This document shows, piece after piece, positions 13,631 to 25,919 of a stretch of 64,000 nucleotides of DNA. A program made the translations under genes and the position numbers. The notes beneath the pieces were generated by a model that saw only the letters and a program-made list of their open reading frames with translations, did no database searches and was not told the origin of the DNA. The DNA comes from the human T2T-CHM13v2.0 reference genome, Homo sapiens: assembly GCF_009914755.1 (NCBI RefSeq), contig NC_060930.1; one strand, given 5' to 3'. How positions within the stretch are numbered: position 1 is the first letter of the stretch; each line of letters opens with the position of its first letter.

Positions 13631-15289
13631 GATTACAAATCTCCTTTCCAAATAGCTCTTGAATTTGACTCTTCCTCTTTACTCTCACCGCCTTAAAACT
13701 TTTTGCCTGGAATACTAAACCTAAATTGGCTTCTTCAACTCTAGTCTAACTCTGCCCTGGCAGAAAGGTGATCTCCGAAAAACATGTGACATTACAGCAA
13801 TAATACAATTTATATGGGGGTCCACAGAAATGGAAGATGGGGAGGCCTAGAAATGCAAGGCCTTATTTAACAAATTTGAGACCAAAGTGATAAAAGGAAA
13901 GGCCTTCTTGAATGTTCTAGGTCCATCGTATTCAGTCAGACTGAAGGCTAGTTGAAGGTAGGAGGGACAGTATTAGGAATTTCTAACAGGGGTCCCCTAA
14001 TGCCTCCTTACACTCTTTTCTGAAACATTCCCAAGACTTGCTTTGATTTGGGGGCAGATTCCTGCTTGAGCAGAAGTGTGGTTGATTGAGCTCTGTGTGG
14101 GCACTGGCTTCTGGTCAGACAGGCTTAGGTAAAGGATAAACTTTCTAAATCAAACCAGGCCATATACTGACATTTTCAGATGGAAGTTGGAGCACAGCAC
14201 AGCTGCTTTGGCACAATGCAAGGACTTCACTTCGTTCCCCATGTCTTTCCTGAGCTGGGGTAGGGGAGGAAACAGCCAGAAAAACATGGATTTAAACTGC
14301 ACCATCTATGATTTAAGTTACGCATAGGCATTTCCTGCTCTGAGTCCTATATAGCATAACAAAATTCACTGGACTTTGCATTTGGCAGAGAGAGGAGTCT
14401 CTCCTGCTGAAAAGTATGAGGACTCTCCCACCAAAACAAACCAAAAAAAATTTGGCTTCCATAACTGACCTGCTAGCCCTCTGGATCACTGTGAAAAAAA
14501 GTCAGAAGGGCAGAGCTGTATCAGCGTGCCAGGAGCAAAGAGGGTTAGCATGTCACCAGGGAGAACTGCAGGCTTTTAAACCCCTTTTCAATTTCAGAGC
14601 AATGGTAGCAACAGAGCCAGGGACTGGGGAAGGGTGAGGGGGCCCATGTGAGGCTGATTTGGGCATCACATTACAGGGCCGGAGGGACTGGAGAAAGGGA
14701 ACATTTGGCTCTCATTACAGAACAAAGGGACAGGGTGCTAGAAAACAGAGCGAATCTGGGTCAGAGGTACCTGAATCTCCCACAGGTGCAGTAGTCAATT
14801 TGCACATCTCCACTCAGGAGGGAGCCTCCCAAAGCTGTCTCCTGCAGTCCGCATTTGCCAACAATAACATTTTACCAGGAACGCAGCTTGTCAAAACCAG
14901 CATTATAACTCAAGCAGTGGCGTGATGAAAATAATGTTTTCTCAGGGGCCAAGCTCATTGCTATTGAGAAGTTAGACCTGTTAGCACGTGATTTTCACTA
15001 AATCTCCTCCAAATAGTCAAAATCTTTATATAATATTATTTTTTACAAGCCTCCTCTAATAAATTGTTTACTTTTTCTTGGAGGGGGTTGGTGGGAAGAA
15101 GGGAAGACAGAAAATCTATGATTCTTATTAAGGGTGGATATTATTGATCATAATTCAAAATCTAAACTTTACATCTTCCTTAATTTTAACAGAGTTGTGT
15201 ATAATTTGATCGAGAGGGAACTACTTTTATTTTTCTTCAGTTTCTTTTTTCTAATTAATTACTCTTGTGCCCCTTTTCTCACCCTGCCT

Positions 15290-15548
15290 TCTGATGCAGC
15301 ATCATTTTGAAAATCTCTATTTTTCGGCAAGGCAGTGATTGGTTAAAGTTTTGGGTGGGGGGGGCTTTCCTGTCTTTTGACTATTGCTCTGTTTTTTTCT
15401 CTTTTGAAATAATCCCAAGCCTTAGAAGGGCGAAAGATCAGCTCAGATGCCACGCTGCCTGAAGATCTGCCAACTTACCACCCAAACCTTGTAACTGTAT
15501 TTTAAGTCATTAACGACGAAGCCCCAGAAATGCTGGTGGAGGGTATGT
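15290..15548 (+). promoter_or_regulatory. Candidate CpG-poor promoter / first exon
   Basis: Reverse CCAAT box GTGATTGGTTA (ATTGG 15338-15342), GT/GC box GGGTGGGGGGGGC (15353-15365), and ATG CTG GTG GAG G|GTATGT donor at 15543. Motif evidence only. Confidence 0.3.
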
Positions 15549-16466
15549 TTCATCTAAAACAATATATAAGTGTATAAGGAGAGAAAAGCAGGCCTCAGGT
15601 ATTTGCAGGGGTCCTGTTATGTGGTGGTTGTGATGAAAATAGGCTTAGTGATTTTAACAGCTGGCAATTTATTAGCAAACCTGGTCCTACTAAAAAATAT
15701 GGAAAATCAGAATTGATGTAGAGTGTTAATTGCAAATCCTTTATATTTGCAAGACTTCTGTATTGTGTTAACTTTTACTATTGCAGGGAGCAGACAACCT
15801 TTTGGAGCAAAAGGTGGGCAAATGAACTTCTTTTTCAAACACCACTCCATAGGGATGCAGGCTGTGTCTGCCTGTGTCATTTGGTCTAGAGGGCAAATAA
15901 TTTTCCTTCATGTGAGTGGGCAAAACCATGTAAAGAGTCTTGCAGGCTTAACTAGTGTTGCTTTTGAGAATCCCTTCATAAGGCTTAATGTTGGAGTTGC
16001 CATTTTCAAGCTACATTTGTGGTGGTTCTTTCTCTAGGCACATCATCCTAAGAGGTTGCCTTCCTGTTGGCTGAGCTCTTATACACAGTAATTGAAAACA
16101 ACACATTTTCTGCTGCCAACTGGTGTCACCGAAGTGATCACTCTCTCTTTCTACTTTAGATTTAACAATGTGGTAGTGGATGAGATGGGAGACATGCTCT
16201 AAGTGTTCAAAATGAAAAACACCAGAACACAACCGTTATTTTATGAAAGAGGCTGGAAAATGGTTAGTAAAGAAATCACAGATGTGTTTCACAGACAAGG
16301 GGGAGGTGAGGGTAGTGCTACACTCTGAAAGTAGCATGACAAGCACAATATCTTCCTAATTTTGCTCAACACATTACTTTTTGGATTTCCCTAGCTTTAT
16401 TTGGTGGTGATGATGGTGGGGGGTTGTCTTCACTTTCCAGAGGATCTGTGTGATTGTTCATGTTCA

Positions 16467-16545
16467 TGTGTGTGTATGTGTGTGCATGTGTGCTTGTGTG
16501 CGTGCATGTGTGTGTGCGTGTGTGTGTGTGTGTGTGTATGTGTGT
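16467..16545 (+). repeat. Interrupted (TG)n microsatellite
   Basis: Directly visible alternating TG/CA/CG tract. Confidence 0.95.
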
Positions 16546-17619
16546 TTATCCTCTAGGGAAACATAAGAGTATTTTATAGAATATTGACCACAGTTGTTTA
16601 CCTATAGCCACACTAAATAAAGGCAGCTAGATGAAACATGGAAAGAACTACTCTCTCAAATTAGAAATTACATTTTTCAACTCTTGCCCAAAAAAATGAA
16701 ATGCAAAGAATGTGAATATATTTAAAATGGTAGACCACTCAAAATGGACCTTATGTTCCTTATGTTTGGCAAAAAGCCCTACAATAATAAATTGCTGACT
16801 TTTGCCTTAATTTTACTTAAATCTACAAAAGATTTAAGTGTTTTGAGCACAGGGATTTTGTCTCATTTTGCAGAGCCACATAGCAGGTATTCAGTATGTC
16901 TGACTAATCAATTAAGGATATTAATTCTGATTTATGGTACTAAATTAATATATAAGATGTCTAGTTTAACTGCTGAAAAGGATCTTGAATGAGTGTGTTT
17001 TTATAGATGACATTTGTCTATTTTCCTCTGTCTACAAAAAATTATAAAATAATGTTTTATTTATACTTTATTTTTTGACTAACCTTTTATGTGTATTTTA
17101 ATAAATATACTGACAGAAGAATCACAATTTTAACTGACTTTTTTTAGATAGTTTAATTATATCTAAGTGACGTAATTGCTTATAATACTAAAAGAGACAC
17201 ACAAATATTTCTACCTATTAAGTGTTTGTGGTTGATTGTCATTTACAGCAAGTGATATCTAAGCAGAGTTCTGTGCTCTGACAGTTTCAGTAATCCCCAA
17301 AGAGAGAGGAGCACACCACAGGAACAAGAACAGTATCTCCAGGTCTACACTTGCCTTTGGTAAAGAGTTTTAAAATAAATTTCAAGGTAGTGCTACGCTT
17401 TCATAAGAATGTGTGTTTTGGTTGGTCCGTATCATAAGTGTCATTTTGGGGGACTTAATAAAAAAAACTATCTATTCAAATTCTTCATGTATTACAGATA
17501 TTTAGTTTATATCATTAGATTAACTGTGGTAACTTTGCTCTCACTGAGTATCCGTTGGAAGAATTTTGATCTGTCTTTTCTAGAGAGGAATAATTTGCTT
17601 TTATTCTCAATTTAGAAAT

Positions 17620-17845
17620 GTATAGATGGTGCTTACTGTATGTAAGGCACGATTTTAAGCACTTCATAAATCTGAATGTATTTAATCCCCATAACCCTAT
17701 GAGGTAGGTACACGTATTTACAGATGAGAAAACCAGGGTACAGAGAAGCTGAGTAAATTTCCCCACAGCTTAACAGGTGGTAGGTAGAGGAGTAGGGCAT
17801 TGATCCCATTCAGTCTGACACCAGAATCTTTGTCCTACTTTCTCT
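17620..17845 (-). mobile_element. MIR
   Basis: TTTAATCCCCATAACCCTATGAGGTAGGTAC...TTTACAGATGAGAAAAC...TCAGTCTGACACCAGA. Confidence 0.85.
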
Positions 17846-17849
17846 AGAA

Positions 17850-18600
17850 TAGCATTGTGCAATACAAACATAATGTGGGCTATATATGTAATTTCAAATT
17901 TCCTATTAGCCACACTAAAAAAGCAAGAAATAAAATTTAATTTAAATAATATCTCACATTTGATGCAACAGTTAAAGTGAAATGTTGTACAAGGTTGACC
18001 CTTGAACAACATGCGCTTGAACTGCACAAGTTCACTTATACCTGGATTTTATTCCTCTTCTGCACTCTTGAGAGAGCAAAACCAGCCCCTACTCTTCCTC
18101 CTTCTCTTCCTCAGCCTACCTAACGTGAAGATGACAAGGATGAAGACCTATATGGTCATTTCCGCTTACTGAATAGTAAACATATTTCTTTTCTTTGTGA
18201 TTTTCTTAGTACATTTTCTCTTCTCTAGCTTACTTTACTGTAGGAGCACAGTATATAATGCATATAATATACACAATATGTGCTAATTGACAGTTTATAC
18301 TATAAGCAAGGCTTCCAGTCAATAGCAGTCTATTAGTAGTTAAGTATTTGGGGAGTCAGAAGCTCTATTTGGAGTTTTGACTGCTTGGGCTGTCGGTGTC
18401 CCTAACTCTCATGTTGTTTAAGGGTCAAGTGTACTTGCCAAATCAATATAGATGTGTTGAACAGAAATGTTTTACATGATGTCAGTTTTAAATTTTAAAT
18501 TAATTAAAGTAAAATAAACTTAGTTCCACAGCTGCACTACCCACATCTTAAGCAGTCAGCAGCCTCCTATGTCTGATGGCTACCATATTGAATACTACAG
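17850..18600. mobile_element. Charlie1-family (MER33/MER3-like) hAT element split by Tigger2a
   Basis: Left part ATGTAATTTCAAATTTCCTATTAGCCAC and right part GGCTACCATATTGAATACTACAG resemble Charlie1/MER33 ends. Confidence 0.65.
17990..18431. mobile_element. Tigger2a (MER28)
   Basis: TIRs TTGACCCTTGAACAACA / TGTTGTTTAAGGGTCAA. TA on both flanks (17988-89, 18432-33). Internal CCTCAGCCTACCTAACGTGAAGATGACAAGGATGAAGACC. Confidence 0.9.
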
Positions 18601-19199
18601 CTTTGGAGAGTAAACTTTCCATAGAGGTATATTCCTTGGAAATAATTCCAGAGAATAAAATTGAGGAGAATTTAGCACATGAAATTGTGTTCTCCCTGTT
18701 ACTCCAGGCACATTTTCATGGCAGAAGGAAAAATAACATTGGCTTTCAACTTCTAACTTACCACAGGGCCACACACCATTGGGTGAGCAAAAGAGTATCC
18801 TCTGACGGGACTTTCTGTTGAGTTTGTGTTCTTCAAGGGGCCATTTTCAACAGTGTTCAGACTCTGGCTCATCCGAGGGGACCTGTGTGCCTATCCAGAA
18901 GAAACATCACCACCAACAACCACAAGTGGAGGGAGAGAGGGACGGAGGGAGGGAGAGAGACGTTTGGATACATTCCCATCACTCACACATTAACAAGCTC
19001 TTTTTTTAAAAAAAAATTACACCTTACCGTGATTTTGTGTTTCCTTTTTAGATATAAATGTAACCAATAGCACTAAATATATCTGGAAGTTAGGGATGTT
19101 GAATCACAAATGAGGGACTAGGTTGACAGAGGACAGAGAAAAGAGCTGTTTTGTTGTTTTCTTTTGATCATTAAGAATCCAAAAATAAATCAAGAGAAA

Positions 19200-20105
19200 G
19201 CATAATGACTGGATAAAGAAAATGTGGTGTATATATACTGTCAAGCACCACATAAGGACATTTCAGCCAACAATGGACCACATATATGACTGTGGTCCTA
19301 TAAGATTATAATGTAGTAGAAAAATTCCTACCACCTCATGATGTCATAACCATCATAACTTCTTCATAGAGGACTGGGTTAGCCAAGTGTCTGTGGTGAT
19401 GCTGGTGTGGCAGTAACATGCTGTATAGGTCTGTGGCCCGGGAGCAATAGGCCAGCTATTTCATAGAGCTTAGGTGTGTCACAGGCTCTACAACCTAGGT
19501 CTGTGTAATTTCACTTAATGATGTTCACACAATGATGAAATCACCTAAAGGTGCATTTCTCAGTCGTATTCCCATCCCTAAGCAATGCATGACACTGTGT
19601 GTGTGTGTGTGTGTGTCTGTGTGTGCTTATAATGAAATATTCTTCAGCCTTAAAAAAGAAAAAAGAAAATTCTGCCATCTACAAAAACATGGATGAATGC
19701 AGAGGGCATTATGCTAAGTTAAATAAGCCAACACAGACAAATAAATGAATGCTCCTGTTTATGTGCAGAAGCAGAGTAGAATGGTGGTAGTCAGGGGCTG
19801 GAGGATGGGGAAACAGGGAGAAAAAGGGACAAGTTTTAGTTATGCAGGATGAATAAGTTCTGGAATCTAATGTACAGCATGGTGACTATAGTTAATAACA
19901 CTGAATCATGTACTTAAAATTTGCTAAGAGAGTTGATCTGAAGTGTTTTCACCACACACAAAAAATCATAACTATGTGAGGTGATTGGTGATTGGATATG
20001 TACATTAGTTTGACTTTGACAATCATTTCACAGTGAATACCTATGTCAAATCACCACATTGTACAGCTTAAATAAATACAGCTTTGGCAAGTATACTCAA
20101 AAAAG
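19200..20105 (+). mobile_element. L1MA8/9-like 3' end interrupted by Tigger3a and (TG)n
   Basis: GGATAAAGAAAATGTGGTGTATATA...AACATGGATGAA...GTACAGCATGGTGACTATAGTTAATAA...TTTGCTAAGAGAG. Confidence 0.85.
19238..19596. mobile_element. Tigger3a-like MITE nested in L1
   Basis: GGACCACATATATGACTGTGGTCCTATAAGATTATAAT...GCATTTCTCAG...GCATGAC, homologous to the ends of the 7087-8077 element. Confidence 0.8.
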
Positions 20106-20464
20106 ATTGAAAATTACAAAAAACATTCTATATTAAATGTGGCAAATATGCATGCACTTTTTATTTATTCTATGAGCCTAGTACAAATTTAATTTTGCTA
20201 GCAATATTAAAGTCAATTAAGCTATGTTTTATTTACAATGGTGATAACTTTTTCACTCAAATCATTTACTATTAAAAGAAAAACAATTTTTATTATTGCA
20301 TGAAACAAATATTTTTAAAAATTGATGTCAATGTTACCAATTATAATTCTTCTTTTCCATTTTTTTGTTGTTAATGAGGAAAAATATATTTAAATTTAAA
20401 AATATGTAAAAATTTAAAGTTCAATTTTTGGCTGAGTGGAAAATCCTATGGGATAAAATGGAAA

Positions 20465-20710
20465 GAGAAAGAGCCTCGGGGTCAGCAGACCTGGATTTTA
20501 ATCCGGATTCTGTCACTTAAAAACAGTTTCTTTCTAAACTTGAATACTTTAATCTTTGTGAATTTCCAGTTTTCTGCCCTGTAGACTGGGGACAATAACA
20601 CATATTTTGTAAGGCAGTAAAAAAGAGTAAATGAGAAAAAATATGGAAAATGCTTAGTTTAATATGCATAATGCTTGGCATATTAGAACACTAACTAAAT
20701 GTTAATTTCT
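20465..20710 (+). mobile_element. MIR
   Basis: GTCAGCAGACCTGGATTTTAATCCGGATTCTGTCACTTA...GACAATAACAC...GCTTGGCATAT. Confidence 0.75.
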
Positions 20711-22829
20711 TTTCCATAGTTACATGAGCATTCTTTCATATCAATAGATCTTAATTCATCCAATGTCTCAGAATTTTTATTAGAAAAAATACTATTAAAA
20801 ATTGTTTGATAATATTTTCAATCCTTAAAACTTCTGATAATTTGGCTTAATTATGTTCTTTTTTCATTAGAAGTTTCTAAATTATGTCTAATTTAATGAT
20901 TGCAGTGATCAAAATTGACTCAAATGAGAAATCATTCAGGTTCTGAATTTCTAGAGGAAGAAAAGACAAAGTGGACAAAAAAAGGAAGAACGAATAAAAT
21001 CTTGAACAATAGTATAGTAATTATACTGGTAGTAATTGAATAAAAAGTTATCTTCTGGATTAAACACTTAAGAGGATTTTTCCTTTACAGCCAATCCGTA
21101 GTGATGGGAGATCCACTGAAGTCATCTCATGATGTGTGTTGTCGGGCTATTTAAAGGCTGCTGTTTCACTTCCAAACTTCACTCCCTTCTGACGTCTTCA
21201 GTGCTGTTCACTTGGCAACCTTGGCTACTCTTCAGCAGATAATTTGTACTCTACGTAAGCATTTAGAAGAACCCAGAGTTAAACCAAGGATAAGAGTCAT
21301 CGGTAACATTTATAGTTACTGAACTCCTCACTATGTGTCACAAAGTGGGTCAGAGGGTGCATCTTTCAGGAGAAAAAGAACATTCTTTTAGTGCTATTTC
21401 TACTTCCACATTGATACGACAATGATTCCTACAGCTAAATTAAGGTTTGACCTCATGTGTCAAATGATTTTTGTTTAGTCAATAGATTTTTTTCTAAATG
21501 TTATCCTCTCCAAAAAAATCAGAAATTTAGCATTTAAGTTATGCATGATCACAAGTACATATATATATACACACACATATATATATGCAAGAACAGCCTT
21601 TTCTTGACAATAATTCAATGCGAGAAAAATTTAGATAAATGTATTGAATGTACAAAAGTGTAATAAAACCCCCTTTAGTTTAATAGATAAAAGAGCATTG
21701 TGGGGAGTTTTTTCTTTGCAGGGTTGGAGTATGTGCTCTGCTCATGGAAACCAGCTGTCATGCCACTTCCCAGCACTCGGAGGGAACAGAAACTTGTTTC
21801 TTCTCTACTGTTAAAGCAAAAGGGTGTGCCCAAGGCAAAGATTAGAGTGGCTGTGGATCTGCAGGTGGTTTTACGTATTTGCGGTGAGGTCAAAGAAACA
21901 TCTTTTTTTGCACTTCTTCTTTTCTCCAAATTGGGCATTGCCTGAAATGGACGCATTCAGCAGCACTGTGGGATGAGATATGTACAAGGCATCATTTCCC
22001 TCTAAGGCAAATACCTTCACTGCTGGCAAACCTTCAGAATTTGCAAGCTCAGCCAGCACCTTTGACCCGGCCACACAGCTGACAGCACAGTTGGCAGTTG
22101 GTAGCTTCCATTTATCCTAGGTCAGCTCCCGAGGCATCGGCATAAAATGAAATAAAGATTTGAGCAGTCACTTCAGAAATGAAAATGGGAATGCCCAATA
22201 GTTTGCTTCAGTTTGCTCAGGCTGAGAACCATTTATTAAGCTGGTAAAATGGGAAAGTCATACATGAGAGTACCTGCTCAGGAGAAAGAAATAGATTGAT
22301 CAGACACATTATCTAAAGATCCAGAAGAGAAATCCACTGATTTCTAACAGTCAACCCACTGATGGCTTGAGATGTAGTTGAGACTACCACACATTTCAGT
22401 AGGCAGATATTGTCACCTTCATATCCTCAGTGCCTAGCACTGTGCCTGGTAGTTTGTGCTTAGTCAGTGAATGTTTGCGCAATTAATGAGTAAAGCCCAT
22501 ATGTGTATATGTTTATAATAATTATTTTTTCTAGTTCATGTAACTAACGAATGAAATTCCCAAGTCATTGTTCTATGAGGAACAGGATGAGAAATAAGGA
22601 ACTAATATTTTTCTTCCTACTGTATGCTAGACATACCAAATTTGCATAGTGAGAAATGGTCAAAACAAGATTGAAAGGTAGGTATGTTTCATGCTAAAGT
22701 CCATGGGTTTTTCACTTTACCTAAAACTTAAATGTCATCAGTTGCAAAGCATTTGGAGGAAACACTGTGTATAAGGAGATATTCATCAAGAATTCTATTT
22801 TAAATTATGATTATCTTTCTATATGACAG

Positions 22830-23900
22830 AAAAATACCACTTAAAATATAATGGATTGAAAAGATTCTTTTGAAGAGATACAAAATATACAAAAATATAT
22901 ACTAATTTGGAATAAACTTAGTAAGACATATGCAGAAACTAATGAAAACAAAGCTCTAAAGCTTTACTCAAAAATATATAAAACAATAAATGGAGAGATA
23001 TATTTTGTTCTCTCCATTTATTATAATAATATATAGATGGGAATATATAATATATATAGATGGGTTATATAGAAGGGAATATATGATAATATATAGATGG
23101 AAATTTTCAACACTGTATAGTTGTCGCTTCTTCCCCATATTAATGTATACATTTAATGAAATTTTAACCCAATATGCACAAAAATAACTCTTCTTTGAAA
23201 TTTGACCACTAGTTCTAGAATTTATTTGGAAAAATAAATGGAGGAAACTAGGCAAGATTGTTTTTAAAAGAAAAACAATAAGACCTACTTGCATTATCAG
23301 ATATTAAAATAAATTATAAATCACATTACTTAGAGCAGTGTGGCACTGGCATTAGAATTTACAGCAGATCATTGGAAGCATAAATAAATTGGATAGATGA
23401 TAAATACGTTAATAAATGATATGTGTAAAATGAATGTGATAAAGATGAGATTTCAAATTAGTGATGAAGTAACGGATTATCCAAGTAATGGTAATCAGAT
23501 CTTTGGTTTAAAAATGCAAAAAAGGAGTTAGACGGCTGTTATATTAAAAAATTTTATTCAGGTGGTTTATAGAATGAAATATAATAGCTTAAAGACAAAT
23601 GTCTTGCTGATCTTGGAGTGGAGTGTAGAGAAAATAAAAGAAAATATTGATAGATTTGGGTTGAAACATAAATAAAACCAAAAAGCAAATTACAAACTGT
23701 AAAAAATAGGATCAACATATTGCAGAAAGATTGTTAATATCTTCAGATTATAAACCATTTTAAACGAAAAGAATGAACATCACAGCATAAAAAGAGAGAT
23801 ATGAACAGGCAAGTCACTAGATGTATATGACCAATAAACTTGTACATAATTTTAAACATTCCTTAGTCATCAAAGACATGCTAATTAAAACAAGACATCA
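22830..23900 (+). mobile_element. Ancient L1M (ORF2 3' region) fragments
   Basis: GGAATAAACTTAGTAAGACATATGCAG, TTGACCACTAGTTCTAGAATTTATTTGGAAAAATAAA and AGCAGTGTGGCACTGGCATTAG are degenerate L1 ORF2 motifs. Confidence 0.7.
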
Positions 23901-25919
23901 TTCCTTGCCAAATCCATGGACCAGGGGATATCTTTCTTGCATTTGCAGTCTTGTTATAGATCTTGCCTCCCCTGCTGCTGTTGCCCTGGGTTGGGTTGGA
24001 CAGAATTGTCTTCCACCAGTATTTGTTGGGCATCATTTTCTCCCACCTGAGCTGAAGCACTGAGGACCTCCCTCCAGATACCAAATACCTCCTCATTGCT
24101 CTTTGGATAAAATGGAGATATGGTTTATTTCCTTTCTGTGATACCTCCTCTTAGGGAAATACCTGCATCATCTTCTTTATTTCCCAGGGACTTATTAAGT
24201 TTTATTGGAATAGCTTTTCCTGGATTCCCCAGCCTTCTGTTGGACCAACATATGATCTTAATAAAGAACTGGCCAGAGAGCCCACTTCTAGCACTGGACC
24301 CCATGTGGCACTGAGACTGGAATAGCAGCTCCCTTCCAATAACTAAGTCTTTCTAGGGGTCAGGCTTATTTTGTTGGGGATTTCCTCTCAGGCTTCCTGC
24401 AATAGCAAAATCCCAAAGACTCCAGACATATTCACCCCTCTCTGATTTGCCCTTAGAGTTGAAGTGAGACAATCTCTCTCTCTCTTTTTTTTTTTTTTTT
24501 TGGTATCATATGCCCATGAAAGGGAGTTGATTTTTTTTCTTGTATATGTTTTAAAATTTCTCTAAATCTCTATCATGAACTGGCCTTACTTCTGTAATTT
24601 TAAAATGCTATTTTAAGAGTAAATATGTGTACTGAAAAATACAAATTTTATTTCGTGAGTTCCTAGCCCAGGGATGTTGACTCCTTAGCAAGACCTTTTT
24701 CCTGAGCTAAAGATCAAGATCTATATTTTACCTTATCCCAGGCAGGATAAGCAACATTTACAGATATTTTAAATTGAATAAATGGAAGTTGAAGTTAAGC
24801 CCTTAGTTCATTTTTAGATTTCTCTAGTTTTGTTAAGTCATCTGATTTTTTTTTTTTTTTTTTTGCTTTTAACGTATAGCTCAGTCTGTTAAATAGAAAC
24901 TCACATCTTGACCCTGGCATTTAATAAATTCCTTTGAAGGTTGCTTTCAAAATAAAATAGAATATTTCCCATATTTGCTACAATTATACCTCCCACAAAA
25001 CATGCAAAGGATATGTGAGAAAATGTTTCTAATTTACATAGTGTCTCCTAAAAGTTGGTTTGAACTTGGAAAAGAGCTAAAACTATAAATATTTTAAGGG
25101 TGTTTATGGGCAACTACTAATTTGTTCAAAGCTTACATTTCATATATTTAAACCCTATTATAATGACAAAGTTCTTGACATACACTGTGATATTTATGCT
25201 TTTAGATAGTTTACATACTTTATTTAAACAATTCTCATTTATTTACTCCATAAAGTTTGATTTTAAATTGTCTAGGAACAAAGATTATGGACTTTTTTGT
25301 TCTTTAAGCATTTCTTCCTGGTGATTATCTAAGTATTTAGTATATACAAGTTACTAAACGAATCAGCCAACATATTTATTGCCCACTTATTATGTGAAAT
25401 ATTCAATAATAGGAATTGAAGGTCATTTAAGAGAAAAAAAGTGTAGTGCATTATACTTGTCCCCAGTCTTGAGGAAACAATCTATGTATACATAGAAAAG
25501 AGTAACTATGGGGCAGCACCTAGTGACAAACAAGTGACAAAGTTGATATTAATGTAGATGAGTAAGTAGCCATGCGGAGGAGCAAAAAGGATAGTCATGA
25601 GCCTGCCATATAGTAGGTGCTCAACAATTGCTGTTTGAGTGAATATATTTGTTAAATTAAGTACCCAGTAAGTACTTATTGTCCCTTATTCTTATAACGC
25701 CCTGAAGAAGGCATCATTAGCATCACTTTTGATGAGAAGAAAATAGACCTTCACAGAGGTTCTAGGTAGGAAGCATTCTAAGTGGTACAGTAGGGGGTTT
25801 CATAGCCACATCTGTTTGACTCAAAGATCTATGCTTCCCCTCTCCAACTATATTGCTTCTTGTAGACAGAATGCTTTTGCTATGGCCACCTTGAAAAGGT
25901 GGACCTACTTTTGTAGGGA

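Noticed and set aside
21675-22074. Overlapping - strand ORFs as a processed pseudogene
   Set aside because: No recognisable protein similarity, poly(A) tail or TSD.
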